DNA of 64,000 nt from Candidatus Peregrinibacteria bacterium GW2011_GWF2_43_17. Its GTDB lineage: Bacteria; Patescibacteriota; Gracilibacteria; UBA1369; UBA12470. The translations under genes were made by a program, and so were the position numbers. Positions 1-9,392 of this stretch are shown in pieces. Below the pieces are notes generated by a model. It saw nothing but the letters and a program-made list of their open reading frames with translations, was not told the DNA's origin and searched no databases. Each line of letters begins with the position of its first letter. Within the stretch, counting starts at the first letter, position 1. The DNA is taken from NCBI GenBank assembly GCA_000999315.1, contig LCFW01000001.1, positions 11,637 to 75,636 of the forward strand, in the 5' to 3' direction.

Positions 1-80
1 TGTGCCGTGCGATTGTTGAGAAGCACGATGTACTGCTTGCCACTCCTGATTTCTATACGATCGGGGATGAGTTTGAGCAT
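1..80 (-). CDS. 5' end of a CDS running off the window (MLKLIPDRIEIRSGKQYIVLLNNRTA...); possibly the N-terminus of an AMP/thymidine phosphorylase
   Basis: ATG at 80-78 after an A-rich leader, open to the window edge. The 26 residues loosely resemble archaeal-type AMP phosphorylase N-termini; the product is a guess. Confidence 0.4.
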   Translation of the reverse strand, partial: MLKLIPDRIEIRSGKQYIVLLNNRTA

Positions 81-166
81 GTGGTTTTTGTTATTTGTTT
101 TTGTTTTTTTGTACGATAAATTTACCCACAGTTTAGCAGATGGATTTTTGAATTGGAAGCAGGATT

Positions 167-904
167 TTATTCGTTTATCATCACTTTCCATCCTTCTTTT
201 TCCAGCATTTTTTTGATTTTCCGAATCGAATTTTCGGATGGTGGCTTCGTCCCTTTAAGTTTGTATTTGAGGCCGAGGTGTTCCCATTTATAAATTCCGT
301 GCGTGTGGTAGGGGAGAAGTTCGATCAGTTTGAAGCGTACGGTTTTCAAGAATTTTTTCAAAGCCCTCAAGTTGAAAAAAGTGTCGGTCCAGCCGGGCAA
401 GACCATGTATCTGAATCTGATGTTTGCCTTTTTCTTGCTTAAGTAGCGGATATTTTCGAGTATCGGTTTGTTTGACTGGCCGGTTAGTTTCAGATGTTTT
501 GTTTCGTTGAAATGTTTGAGGCTGATCATCCAAAGATCGGTGACCGGAATCAACCTGTCGAGTGTTTCTTTGGTTGTGAAACAAGACGTGTCGATTGTCG
601 TATGAATGCCTTCTTGTTTACAAAGTGTGAAAAATTTCACAACGAAATTGGGTTGCATGATCGGATCGCCGCCCGAGAGAGTGACGCCGCCTCCCGAGGA
701 TTGAAAGTATGTTTTATATGGGATGATTTTTTTGAAAAGTTGTTCAGGCGTCATATCTTTGTAATCTTTCATGTCGAGCATGTCGACGTTGTGACAATAA
801 AGGCAGCGAAGCGGGCAACCTTCCATGAAAATTACGAATCTGATGCCCGGGCCGTCGAGGGTGCCGAAGGTTTCGAAGGAGTGAATTTTACCCTTGATAG
901 TCAT
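167..904 (-). CDS. pflA: Pyruvate formate-lyase activating enzyme (radical SAM)
   Basis: ETFGTLDGPGIRFVIFMEGCPLRCLYCHN (CxxxCxxC), GGVTLSGGDP, ELLPYH; directly downstream of pflB. Confidence 0.97.
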   Translation of the reverse strand: MTIKGKIHSFETFGTLDGPGIRFVIFMEGCPLRCLYCHNVDMLDMKDYKDMTPEQLFKKIIPYKTYFQSSGGGVTLSGGDPIMQPNFVVKFFTLCKQEGIHTTIDTSCFTTKETLDRLIPVTDLWMISLKHFNETKHLKLTGQSNKPILENIRYLSKKKANIRFRYMVLPGWTDTFFNLRALKKFLKTVRFKLIELLPYHTHGIYKWEHLGLKYKLKGTKPPSENSIRKIKKMLEKEGWKVMINE

Positions 905-911
905 TTTCTTG

Positions 912-3221
912 TTAGAAATTTTTATGAAACGTTCTCGAAATAACTTCTTGCTGTTGTTCTTTTGTCAGCTTGATGAAATTTACGGCGTAACCGGAGACGC
1001 GAATTGTTAATTGAGGATATTTTTCCGGGTGTTTCATTGCGTCTTGCAGTGTTTCTTTGTTGAGTACGTTTACGTTCAAATGAAATCCGTTTTTGCTGAA
1101 ATATCCATCGAGCATGCCTCGCAGGTTTTCTACTCTTTGGGTGTTGTTTTTGCCGAGAGTTGATGGTGTGATTGAGAATGTGTTTGAAATGCCGTCGCGA
1201 CAATCTTCGTAATGGAATTTTGCAACGGAATTGAGGGATGCAAGGGCGCCTGATTTGTCACGGTTGTGCATCGGGTTTGCGCCGGGGGCGAAAGGTTCGC
1301 CGGTTTTTCTGCCGTCTGGTGTTGAGCCGGTGTGATGACCGTATACGACGTTTGCGGTGATTGTCAGGAGGGAAAGAGTGTGTTCGGCGTTTCTGTAGGC
1401 CGGATATTTTCTTAAGCAGGTTATGAAGTGTTTTACAACCTCTTCGCCGATTTTATCAACTTCTTGGAGGTCGTTTCCGAATGCCGGATACTCGCCGACT
1501 ATTTTGAAATCTTTGGCGATGCCTTTTGCATCTCGGATTGGATAAACTTTCGCGTTTTTGATTGCCGACAAACTGTCTATAACGATTGAAATTCCGGCGA
1601 CTCCGAATGCCATGAATCTGTGGATTTTCAAATCATGCAGCGCCATTTCGGCGGATTCGTAATTGTATTTGTCGTGGCAGTAATGAATGATGTTCATGGT
1701 CTCCACGTATTTTCTGCAAAGCCAATCCATCAGTTTGAAAAACTCTTTTTTTACTTCGCGATAGTCGAGAGGTTTTTGATGTTTCAGTTTCGGGACTCCC
1801 TCGACCATTAACTCTCCGTCCATTTCGTCGCGACCTTGATTTACGGCTAATAGAAGCAGTTTTGGGAGGTTGCAACGTGCTCCGAAAAATTGCATTTGTT
1901 TGCCGATAGTCATTGCGGAGACGCAACAGGCGATTCCATAATCGTCGCCGTGTATCGGGCGCATAAGTTTGTCATTTTCGAATTGGATCGAGCTTGATTC
2001 GACTGAAACTTCGCAAGCGTAATTTTTGAATTTCTCAGGCAGATTTTGAGACCAAAGAATTGTTAAGTTCGGTTCCGGAGACGGGCCGAGATTTTCGAGA
2101 GTGCGTAAGAAGCGAAAAGCGGTTTTTGTAACCAGAGTTCTGCCATCTTTGCCTATGCCGCCGAGCACGCATGTGACCCAAGTCGGATCTCCCGCGAAAA
2201 GGTCGTTGTATTCGGGTGCGCGTAGGTGCCTCACGAGTCTTAATTTTATTACAAAATCATCTACGAATTGTTGTATTTCGGATTCGGTGTATTTGCCTCT
2301 GCGCAAATCTTTTTCTGCGTAAATGTCTATAAATGCATCTATTCTGCCCATGCTCATCGCGGCGCCGTCTTGTTCTTTCACGGAAGCCAAATATCCGAAG
2401 TATAACCATTGAATCGCTTCTTTGGTGTCTTCCGCCGGTCGGCTTATATCGAAGTTATAAGTTGCCGCCATCTCTTTTATTTCTTGCAGAGCGACGATCT
2501 GCTTGTGTGCCTCTTCGCGGAGCAACATGTTTTCTTCGTTCATGTAGGTGCATTGTTCGTTCAGCTCTTCCTGTTTTTCCGCGACGAGTCTGTCTATTCC
2601 GTAAAGCGCAACGCGTCTGTAGTCGCCGATTATTCTTCCTCTGCCGTAGTTGTCGGGGAGGCCGGTGATTATGCCTTTTGATCTGAATAATTTGTGCGTT
2701 TCGGGTGTGAAAAACTCTTTCCAGCCGTAGTAAATGTCGAAAACTGCGTCGTTGTGGTTTTTGATTACGTTTGTGTAGAGGTCTTTTACTTTCGGATCGA
2801 GATGATAGCCGAAAGATTCGCATGTCGAGTCTATGAGTTGGACTCCGCCTTTCGGTTTGATCGCTCTTACGAGTGGGATGTCGGTTTGAAGTCCGACGAT
2901 TGATTCGTTGCGGCGGTCTATGTAGCCGGGTCCGTGACTTGTGATTGTTGAGGGGATTTTTGTGTCTATGCCGTAGATTCCGTCTCTTTTAAATTCAGTT
3001 CTCAGCAGTTTTTTTACTTGTTTGAAAACTTTTAGCGTTTTCTTGGTTGGGGGTGCGAGGAAATCTTTTCCACCCGTGTAAGGTTTGTAATTTTTCTGAA
3101 TAAAATCTCTTAAATCCACATCCACTTGCCAATTTCCGGGATGAAATTTTTTATGGATATCGGGAATTTTAAATTTCTTATCCGGGTTTTTTGGGAGAAG
3201 ATTTTTTATGCGTTGAGCCAT
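912..3221 (-). CDS. pflB: Formate acetyltransferase (pyruvate formate-lyase)
   Basis: [22 protein letters not shown], active-site IACCVSAM, glycyl-radical motif TIRVSGYAV. Confidence 0.98.
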   Translation of the reverse strand: MAQRIKNLLPKNPDKKFKIPDIHKKFHPGNWQVDVDLRDFIQKNYKPYTGGKDFLAPPTKKTLKVFKQVKKLLRTEFKRDGIYGIDTKIPSTITSHGPGYIDRRNESIVGLQTDIPLVRAIKPKGGVQLIDSTCESFGYHLDPKVKDLYTNVIKNHNDAVFDIYYGWKEFFTPETHKLFRSKGIITGLPDNYGRGRIIGDYRRVALYGIDRLVAEKQEELNEQCTYMNEENMLLREEAHKQIVALQEIKEMAATYNFDISRPAEDTKEAIQWLYFGYLASVKEQDGAAMSMGRIDAFIDIYAEKDLRRGKYTESEIQQFVDDFVIKLRLVRHLRAPEYNDLFAGDPTWVTCVLGGIGKDGRTLVTKTAFRFLRTLENLGPSPEPNLTILWSQNLPEKFKNYACEVSVESSSIQFENDKLMRPIHGDDYGIACCVSAMTIGKQMQFFGARCNLPKLLLLAVNQGRDEMDGELMVEGVPKLKHQKPLDYREVKKEFFKLMDWLCRKYVETMNIIHYCHDKYNYESAEMALHDLKIHRFMAFGVAGISIVIDSLSAIKNAKVYPIRDAKGIAKDFKIVGEYPAFGNDLQEVDKIGEEVVKHFITCLRKYPAYRNAEHTLSLLTITANVVYGHHTGSTPDGRKTGEPFAPGANPMHNRDKSGALASLNSVAKFHYEDCRDGISNTFSITPSTLGKNNTQRVENLRGMLDGYFSKNGFHLNVNVLNKETLQDAMKHPEKYPQLTIRVSGYAVNFIKLTKEQQQEVISRTFHKNF

Positions 3222-3331
3222 TTTGTGTAGCTATTAGTTTTAAATAGCTTAACATTTCGGGGGTTGAATTCAAGTTTGATTCTTAAGGTGTGTATGTTAT
3301 GATTTCCCCCAAGTTTTAAATGAAATAAAAT

Positions 3332-4429
3332 ATGAGCGAATCCGGGAGAATAGAGAGAGATGTCGAGGGTATATGTGATAGATTGACCTATATGGTGTCC
3401 GAATATCTTCTCGAAGAGGATGAGCCTAGGGGTATTATCAGGGCCGGTGGGATTGAGCCGTCGTTTGAACCCATGGGTCAAAGCAGGCTGTTGGTTAGAA
3501 ACGATCCGGCGGTTATGGTGGCGCTTGAGTCTAGGGGACAGGTTGAAGAGTGGCTGAGGCATGAGTGTGAGAATCTCTCTGTTGCCAATGAAGATAATTC
3601 TCATACGGTCAGAAGTCCTCGTTTGGATGATCCGATGAGCGTTCGGGATACGGACGGATTGGTTGGGCGTGTTTTAGAATTAAAACGTATGGGTGTTGAA
3701 GAGATCGATCTTAGGCGCGGAGATAGATATAGGTTGATGAGGAAAGAACCCAAGTCCCCGGTTAGAATGGCATGTGATTATATTCGGGATGCGGGTATTT
3801 TTAAAATTAAAGGACCGATTTCTCCCGCCGATAATGCCGAAGAATTTAATGCGGCGGATTATGGTTTCCAGATCGATGGCACCCTTTTTGACGATTTGCA
3901 TGAGGATTTTTTCGAGATAGGGTTGCCTAGAAATTTGACTCTTTTGATGTTGATGCAAAATCCAGGTTCTACCATTGAAACTCTCGTTGAGCAGGGGAGA
4001 GCTTTAAAAGTTACCGTTCCTCTCGGGATAAAATCGCCCGATGATGCTTTTCAAGAAGCGAGTAGGATTTATCCCGTTATCAAAGGTTTGCTTGCGCGAC
4101 GTGAAGGAAGGCAGACCGTATCCGTACTGATGAGAGGTGTTTCGAAAGATGGCCGAGCGCAACCTTTCTCTTCGTATTTTCAGATACTCGAAGCTTCCCC
4201 GGGTAAGAGCTCAAATGGGATTGTGAGAGTGGTGCGAGGCGGGTGGAATGGCGTCATGCCGACCATGATGGTGCAATCTGCGTTTGGAGGGCCCGTACTC
4301 CTGCCCTTGGTTGATCGCGGTAATTTACCCGAAGATGGTATAAGGATGACCGCGTACAAATCGGTTTACGCCTATGAGCAGGACGGTGTTGGCGCGGAGA
4401 TGTTTTTGTTTTGCGACGAATTAATTTAA
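3332..4429 (+). CDS. Hypothetical protein (365 aa)
   Basis: Long ATG ORF filling the gap between pflB and the next ORF; no recognised motif. Confidence 0.75.
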   Translation: MSESGRIERDVEGICDRLTYMVSEYLLEEDEPRGIIRAGGIEPSFEPMGQSRLLVRNDPAVMVALESRGQVEEWLRHECENLSVANEDNSHTVRSPRLDDPMSVRDTDGLVGRVLELKRMGVEEIDLRRGDRYRLMRKEPKSPVRMACDYIRDAGIFKIKGPISPADNAEEFNAADYGFQIDGTLFDDLHEDFFEIGLPRNLTLLMLMQNPGSTIETLVEQGRALKVTVPLGIKSPDDAFQEASRIYPVIKGLLARREGRQTVSVLMRGVSKDGRAQPFSSYFQILEASPGKSSNGIVRVVRGGWNGVMPTMMVQSAFGGPVLLPLVDRGNLPEDGIRMTAYKSVYAYEQDGVGAEMFLFCDELI

Positions 4430-4440
4430 TTTTAAGAAAT

Positions 4441-5055
4441 ATGAAAAGGCTTGATGGAAATCGCGAACCTCTTGTCGGGAAATTCCCCGCATTTTTGCAG
4501 TTTGTCGGTGCATGGTTGGTTCGGCAATCGTGGTTTGTCGCTCTTCGTAGAGCGGTTGAGCATGTGGTAAACGGAGACGTGCCGGTGCCTCGGCATTGGG
4601 ATATGACCGGGAACTTTGCGAGAATTCGTGCGATGTCTGCCGAAGCAACGCGTGGTATTGATGACGATAAAGAGAGCCAGGTTCCGCAAGAGCGGTCCGA
4701 TGTCGCTATACAGTCGGTTCCGTTGCCGGAGCGACCCAGAGTTCAGTGTTGGGATATGACAGAAGAGTATGAGAGACTTGATGCATATTTGCGTGAGATG
4801 AATCGCTTGATAGACGAGAGCATTGCTCGGCATCGTGCCGAGGAGTTCGCAAGATGCAGAGTGCCTAGAGTTTCCGATGCCGTACCTCAGCATTGGGATA
4901 TGACTGAAAAATTCGCGAGAATTCGTGCGATGGCGGCGAATGCGATGCCTCCCGATGATGATACCGTTCCGAAAGTGCCGCTTGTTCCAATAATAGATGC
5001 CTTGCAAACGATGGCCCGTCGTGGCGGGGGAGGAAGATCGGAAGATAATAATTGA
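4441..5055 (+). CDS. Hypothetical protein with three internal (H/C)WDMT repeats
   Basis: ATG at 4441 just after the upstream stop; repeats HWDMTGNFARIRAM, CWDMTEEYERLDAY, HWDMTEKFARIRAM. Confidence 0.65.
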   Translation: MKRLDGNREPLVGKFPAFLQFVGAWLVRQSWFVALRRAVEHVVNGDVPVPRHWDMTGNFARIRAMSAEATRGIDDDKESQVPQERSDVAIQSVPLPERPRVQCWDMTEEYERLDAYLREMNRLIDESIARHRAEEFARCRVPRVSDAVPQHWDMTEKFARIRAMAANAMPPDDDTVPKVPLVPIIDALQTMARRGGGGRSEDNN

Positions 5056-5073
5056 TATTGTGCCTCCCGCGTT

Positions 5074-6249
5074 TTATTTTCCGACGATTAGTTCCCAACT
5101 TTCTTTCGCGATTTGAAGTTCTTCGTTTGTCGGGATGACGAGTACGATAGGCTTGCCCGAGTTGATTTTGGCGATTTTCGAGAGAGGATATTCGGTTTTT
5201 TTGTTCTTTTTCGCGTTGAGTTCGATTTTCAAATAATCGCAAATCCATTTGCGGACGTACCATGCGTTTTCACCGACTCCTCCCGTGAAAACAAGCGCGT
5301 CGAGTTGACCGAGGGCGACCAAGTATGATCCCAAATATTTCGCGATTTTGTAGCAATAAATATCCAGCGCCAGTTTGGCTTTTTTGTCATGCTTGTTGAA
5401 CCACGCGTCGCGAAGTTCTCTTACGTCGGATTTTCCGTAGAGGCCTTTTAAGCCGGATTCATAATTGAGAATTCCGTCTATCGTCGCAGGTTTTATCCCG
5501 CATTTTTCTATCAAGAATAAAATTATTGCCGGGTCGAGATCTCCGCACCTTGTTCCCATAACAACTCCTTCCAATGGGGTGAATCCCATAGAGGTGTCTA
5601 TAACTTTTCCGTCTTTGATTGCGGTGATCGATGCGCCGTTGCCCAGATGACAGGTGATCAAGTGGCGGGCTTTTTTCGCTCCCAGGTATTTTATGGTTTC
5701 GCCGGCGACATATTTGTGGCTCGTGCCGTGAAAGCCGTAGCGTCTTATGCCGTATTTTTCATAAAAACTTGTCGGGAGACCGTAGAGATAAGCTTTCTCT
5801 TCCATTGTTTGATGAAAAGCGGTGTCGAATATCGCGATATTGGCGGATTTTTTAAGTAGTTTTTGGGCGGCCTTGATGCCTTCGAGGTTTGCCGGATTGT
5901 GGAGTGGGGCCAGATGCGAGAGGCGTTTTAATTCGTTAAAAATTTTAGTTGTGATTTTTGTTGCCGTTTTATATTTTTCTCCGCCGTGTACGATTCTGTG
6001 ACCGACAGCTTTTATTTCGGAGAGGTCTTTTATCACTTTGCTTTCAAGCATTTTTTTAATGCAAAAATTTAGCGCTTGTTCGTGTTTCTTGATGCCGGGC
6101 GTATCGCAACAGCCGTGAGAGCTTTTATATTCGCAAAAAGGAAGACCGATTCCATCCGCATGCCCTTTATATAGGACTTTCCATTTCTTGGGGTCTATCA
6201 GTTGAATTTTCAAAGAGGAAGATCCCGCGTTTAATGTAAGTATGTACAT
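5074..6249 (-). CDS. ackA: Acetate kinase
   Basis: ILTLNAGSSSLK, VGHRIVHGG, APLHNPANL, FDTAFHQT, RRYGFHGTSH, TSMGFTPLEG, IPTNEE. Confidence 0.98.
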   Translation of the reverse strand: MYILTLNAGSSSLKIQLIDPKKWKVLYKGHADGIGLPFCEYKSSHGCCDTPGIKKHEQALNFCIKKMLESKVIKDLSEIKAVGHRIVHGGEKYKTATKITTKIFNELKRLSHLAPLHNPANLEGIKAAQKLLKKSANIAIFDTAFHQTMEEKAYLYGLPTSFYEKYGIRRYGFHGTSHKYVAGETIKYLGAKKARHLITCHLGNGASITAIKDGKVIDTSMGFTPLEGVVMGTRCGDLDPAIILFLIEKCGIKPATIDGILNYESGLKGLYGKSDVRELRDAWFNKHDKKAKLALDIYCYKIAKYLGSYLVALGQLDALVFTGGVGENAWYVRKWICDYLKIELNAKKNKKTEYPLSKIAKINSGKPIVLVIPTNEELQIAKESWELIVGK

Positions 6250-6250
6250 T

Positions 6251-7228
6251 TTATTTTTGGGTTTGAAGTGAAGTTATCGCCGTAATGTTTACAATGTCTT
6301 CGACTTTGCATCCTCGGGAAACGTCGTTCATCGGTTTTTTCAGACCTTGCAAAACCGGGCCGATCGCCGTGTAGCCTCCGAGTCGTTCCATTAATTTGTA
6401 TGCGATGTTGCCGGATTGGAGATCGGGGAATATGAGAACGTTCGCGTTGCCTTTCAGTTTTGAGCTTGGAAATTTTTTCGCGCAAATTTCGGGGATGATT
6501 GCGGCGTCAACTTGCATCTCGCCGTCTATTACGAGTTTCGGTTCTTCGTATTTCGCGAGTGCTACCGCCTCTCTGACTTTGTCTACGAAAGGATGGTCCG
6601 CCGATCTGTTTGTCGAGAATGAAAGCATGGCGACTTTCGGTTTGATGCCAAAGTCTTCAGCCGTTTTCGCCGTGTCGAGTGCGATGTGTGCGAGGTCGTG
6701 CGAGTTAGGTTCGATGTTGATCGCGCAATCTGCGAATAAAAGGAGTCTTTTTTCCAGCATCATGAAGAAAAATCCGGAAACCTTATGGAATTTCTCTTTG
6801 GTTTTGATGATTTGGAGCGCGGGTCTTACTTTTTCCGCCGTTGTGTAAAATGTTCCCGAAACCATTCCGTCCGCATCTTCCATGTGAACCATCATTGTTG
6901 CGAAATAGTTCGGCTTGATTACCGTTTTCCAGGCTTCTCTTTCTTCTCCGCCTCGAAGTTTTATGAATTCTTTGACGTATTTTGTTGTGAGAGGGGAGTC
7001 TTCCGGATCGATAAGTTGAACTCGTTTAAGGTCGAGTTTTACTCCCAATTTTTTCGCTCGTTTCAGTATCTCGATTTCTTTGCCGATCAGAATCGGTTTT
7101 GCGAGTTTCTGTCTTAAAATTTTTTTGGTTGCAAGAATTATGCGATCATCCATCGCGGCTTCGGGAAATACAATTTTGCCGGGTTTTCTTTTTGCGCGAG
7201 CTTTAATGTCGGCTATGAATTTTCGCAT
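6251..7228 (-). CDS. pta: Phosphate acetyltransferase
   Basis: IVFPE, FADCAINIEP, VAMLSFST, DGEMQVDAA, GNIAYKL, GPVLQGLKKPMNDVSRGC; adjacent to ackA; ATG start chosen at 7228. Confidence 0.97.
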   Translation of the reverse strand: MRKFIADIKARAKRKPGKIVFPEAAMDDRIILATKKILRQKLAKPILIGKEIEILKRAKKLGVKLDLKRVQLIDPEDSPLTTKYVKEFIKLRGGEEREAWKTVIKPNYFATMMVHMEDADGMVSGTFYTTAEKVRPALQIIKTKEKFHKVSGFFFMMLEKRLLLFADCAINIEPNSHDLAHIALDTAKTAEDFGIKPKVAMLSFSTNRSADHPFVDKVREAVALAKYEEPKLVIDGEMQVDAAIIPEICAKKFPSSKLKGNANVLIFPDLQSGNIAYKLMERLGGYTAIGPVLQGLKKPMNDVSRGCKVEDIVNITAITSLQTQK

Positions 7229-7258
7229 TTTTTGTTTGTTTAGGGTCGTCCTCAAATT

Positions 7259-8005
7259 TCATTTTTCGACGACCTGTTCTCCCGTTGATTTTAGCCCTTT
7301 AAATTTTTTAATCAAGCTTTCTTTCAGAAGCCAAGTTTTGTCTCGGATTACAATGAAAGGCATAAGTATCAGCATCTCCCAAGTCGGGATCGGCACGGTC
7401 AGATTTTTTATATTTCCTTGTTTTAAAGCTTTCAAAATCGCTTTCAATTCAAGTTTTTTCGCATATATTTCACAGTGTGTTTTGCCGAAGTTTTTCAAAG
7501 AATGAGTATCCGATGTTCCGATGAAAGGGAGGTTGTGTTTTTTCGCCAAAGCTTGTCCGCGTTTGTTGAAATTTATAAGCTTGGAGTACCACCACGAGCA
7601 TTCTATCCCGTCGAAGCAGTCTATGTTTTTTTGTACGAGGTCGTTAAACATATTGAGTCCGGGAAAATAGGTGTGGGCCGAAAGTATGAAACAGTCGGAG
7701 TACTCTTTTTTGTATGTTCGCAGTGCGGCGAAAGTATGAATGTTCTCGGCGGACTTCGTTGCGTTAAGAATTACGACGTGTCTTGTCGGTGTTACCGACT
7801 GTTCCGTTCCGTGAATCAGCAAGATGCCTTTTCCTCGGGCGTAATTTGTCAGTTCTTCCGATCCGACGTAATGGTTGTGGCATGTTATCGCCAAAACTTT
7901 CACGCCTTTTTTGGCGGCATGATTTATCAACTCTTTATCCGAATATGTTATTGGGTCGTGAGGATCCGAGCTTGTGTGATTGTGGAGAGAGGTGAGAAAT
8001 TTCAT
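7259..8005 (-). CDS. PHP-domain metallophosphoesterase
   Basis: LHNHT, AITCHN, GTE, AH and GTSDTH metal-binding motifs. Confidence 0.88.
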   Translation of the reverse strand: MKFLTSLHNHTSSDPHDPITYSDKELINHAAKKGVKVLAITCHNHYVGSEELTNYARGKGILLIHGTEQSVTPTRHVVILNATKSAENIHTFAALRTYKKEYSDCFILSAHTYFPGLNMFNDLVQKNIDCFDGIECSWWYSKLINFNKRGQALAKKHNLPFIGTSDTHSLKNFGKTHCEIYAKKLELKAILKALKQGNIKNLTVPIPTWEMLILMPFIVIRDKTWLLKESLIKKFKGLKSTGEQVVEK

Positions 8006-8307
8006 TGGATGGCGGATTCTTCGGTCGTTTCGGTGATTTTCGGTGATTCGTTTATTTGCTGGATGCTGTCTATTGCCGTGCCGATTGCGTCGGCGGCGTC
8101 TCCCAGATCTTCCGCGGCTTGGTTGATTTCGTTGTATTTTTCTTCTATTGCGTTCGTTTTTGTCTCCACTTCGCTTTTTACGTTTTCGTAACCTTCGGTG
8201 GCCTCTTTCGTGATTGTGCCGAAGAAGTTCGCCAGGTTGTTCTCCGCGTTACAGCCGGTAATGAACAGGATGCTCGATGCGAGCAGAATTGCAATTTTGT
8301 TTTTCAT
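8002..8307 (-). CDS. Small lipoprotein with helical repeat region
   Basis: Lipobox FITGC after a hydrophobic stretch; 4-nt overlaps with both neighbours. Confidence 0.75.
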   Translation of the reverse strand: MKNKIAILLASSILFITGCNAENNLANFFGTITKEATEGYENVKSEVETKTNAIEEKYNEINQAAEDLGDAADAIGTAIDSIQQINESPKITETTEESAIQ

Positions 8308-8639
8308 CTTTGTTGTGAAAAAAGTTTTTTAAAATCACCGTCGAAATTTTCAAGAAAATTGTGGATTCCGGTAACCTCTTCTTGAGTTATCGGACCGACT
8401 TTATCGCCGAGATTGCGAATTTTCAATCCTTGATGTTTGCGAAGTTCGCGATACCTGTTGATCGCTGCGTTTACAAGTGATTGCGTATTGCATTTCGGGC
8501 ACTTGATATGAAGATAAATTTCATCTTTAAAAGACCCCAAAATCGTCATATCCGCTTCGCCGTGTTTGCTTTTACACGAGGGGCATGTAACTTCCCTTAT
8601 CAACTGTTCCACAAGTGATCGGAATTCGCCGTATAACAT
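8304..8639 (-). CDS. Hypothetical zinc-ribbon protein
   Basis: CPSC...CPKC pairs and C-terminal FLENFDGDFKKLF. Confidence 0.75.
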   Translation of the reverse strand: MLYGEFRSLVEQLIREVTCPSCKSKHGEADMTILGSFKDEIYLHIKCPKCNTQSLVNAAINRYRELRKHQGLKIRNLGDKVGPITQEEVTGIHNFLENFDGDFKKLFSQQR

Positions 8640-8698
8640 AAATGGGCATTATAGACGCCCACAGTATAGTGGATTCGAGCCGTAAAGTTCAAGCGTTA

Positions 8699-9352
8699 TT
8701 ATGCGGCTTTGCTTGCGAAATGTTCGTTGTTGTTTGTTGTGATTTTTTGCGCAATTTCTTGTCTTAATCGGTCAATTTCTTTCCCGGAAATTCGTTCTTT
8801 TGAGATTGCGGTTCTCGAGCTTTCGTTAAGAGTTTTTCGCAATTTGCTTATCGCCATGAGTTTTGGTAACAATTTTGCTATTTTCAAGATTGCTTCCGGT
8901 GCAAATATTGCAACTATCGCGGTGGCTATGAGCGCCATGATTTTTGTGTCTTTTAACGATTCTTCTCCTATTTGTTCCGCGCTTGTGTCTTTCGGTGCTT
9001 CTAAAAGTCCCGCTTCAACCAAGAATCTTATACCTTCCGGGGCGGCCGATAACGGACCGAGCGGGAGGTATTTCGCCCACCTGCTGATCATAAGGGCTTT
9101 TATGTTGTCCGGCGTTTTATTCCATCCGTCTTCTACCTTATGCCAAGCTTCCGTTCTGTATATTCCCAACATGAAATTCGCGTATGCTCCGTCTGCCGCA
9201 GAGGGATGATCTTTCGCGATTTTTTCAAGAGCATCCGCACCTCTTAATATGGTGTCGAGTTCGTCAGTTTTTTTGCCCTTTTCACGGGATTCTGGTTCCT
9301 CGTAGTTATTGTTAATGGGTTGTTCTATTGGTTGCGCTGATTCTTCCGCCAT
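8699..9352 (-). CDS. Hypothetical protein with one hydrophobic segment
   Basis: 217 aa ATG ORF downstream of gltX; IMALIATAIVAIFAP segment. Confidence 0.7.
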   Translation of the reverse strand: MAEESAQPIEQPINNNYEEPESREKGKKTDELDTILRGADALEKIAKDHPSAADGAYANFMLGIYRTEAWHKVEDGWNKTPDNIKALMISRWAKYLPLGPLSAAPEGIRFLVEAGLLEAPKDTSAEQIGEESLKDTKIMALIATAIVAIFAPEAILKIAKLLPKLMAISKLRKTLNESSRTAISKERISGKEIDRLRQEIAQKITTNNNEHFASKAA

Positions 9353-9392
9353 GGTGTTTTTGTATTATTTTTAATACAATATTTTACCATTT

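Noticed and set aside
3225-3255. Inverted repeat agctatt...aatagct upstream of pflB as a Rex or FNR site
   Set aside because: Does not match the Rex (TTGTGAA-N4-TTCACAA) or FNR (TTGAT-N4-ATCAA) consensus; too short and AT-rich
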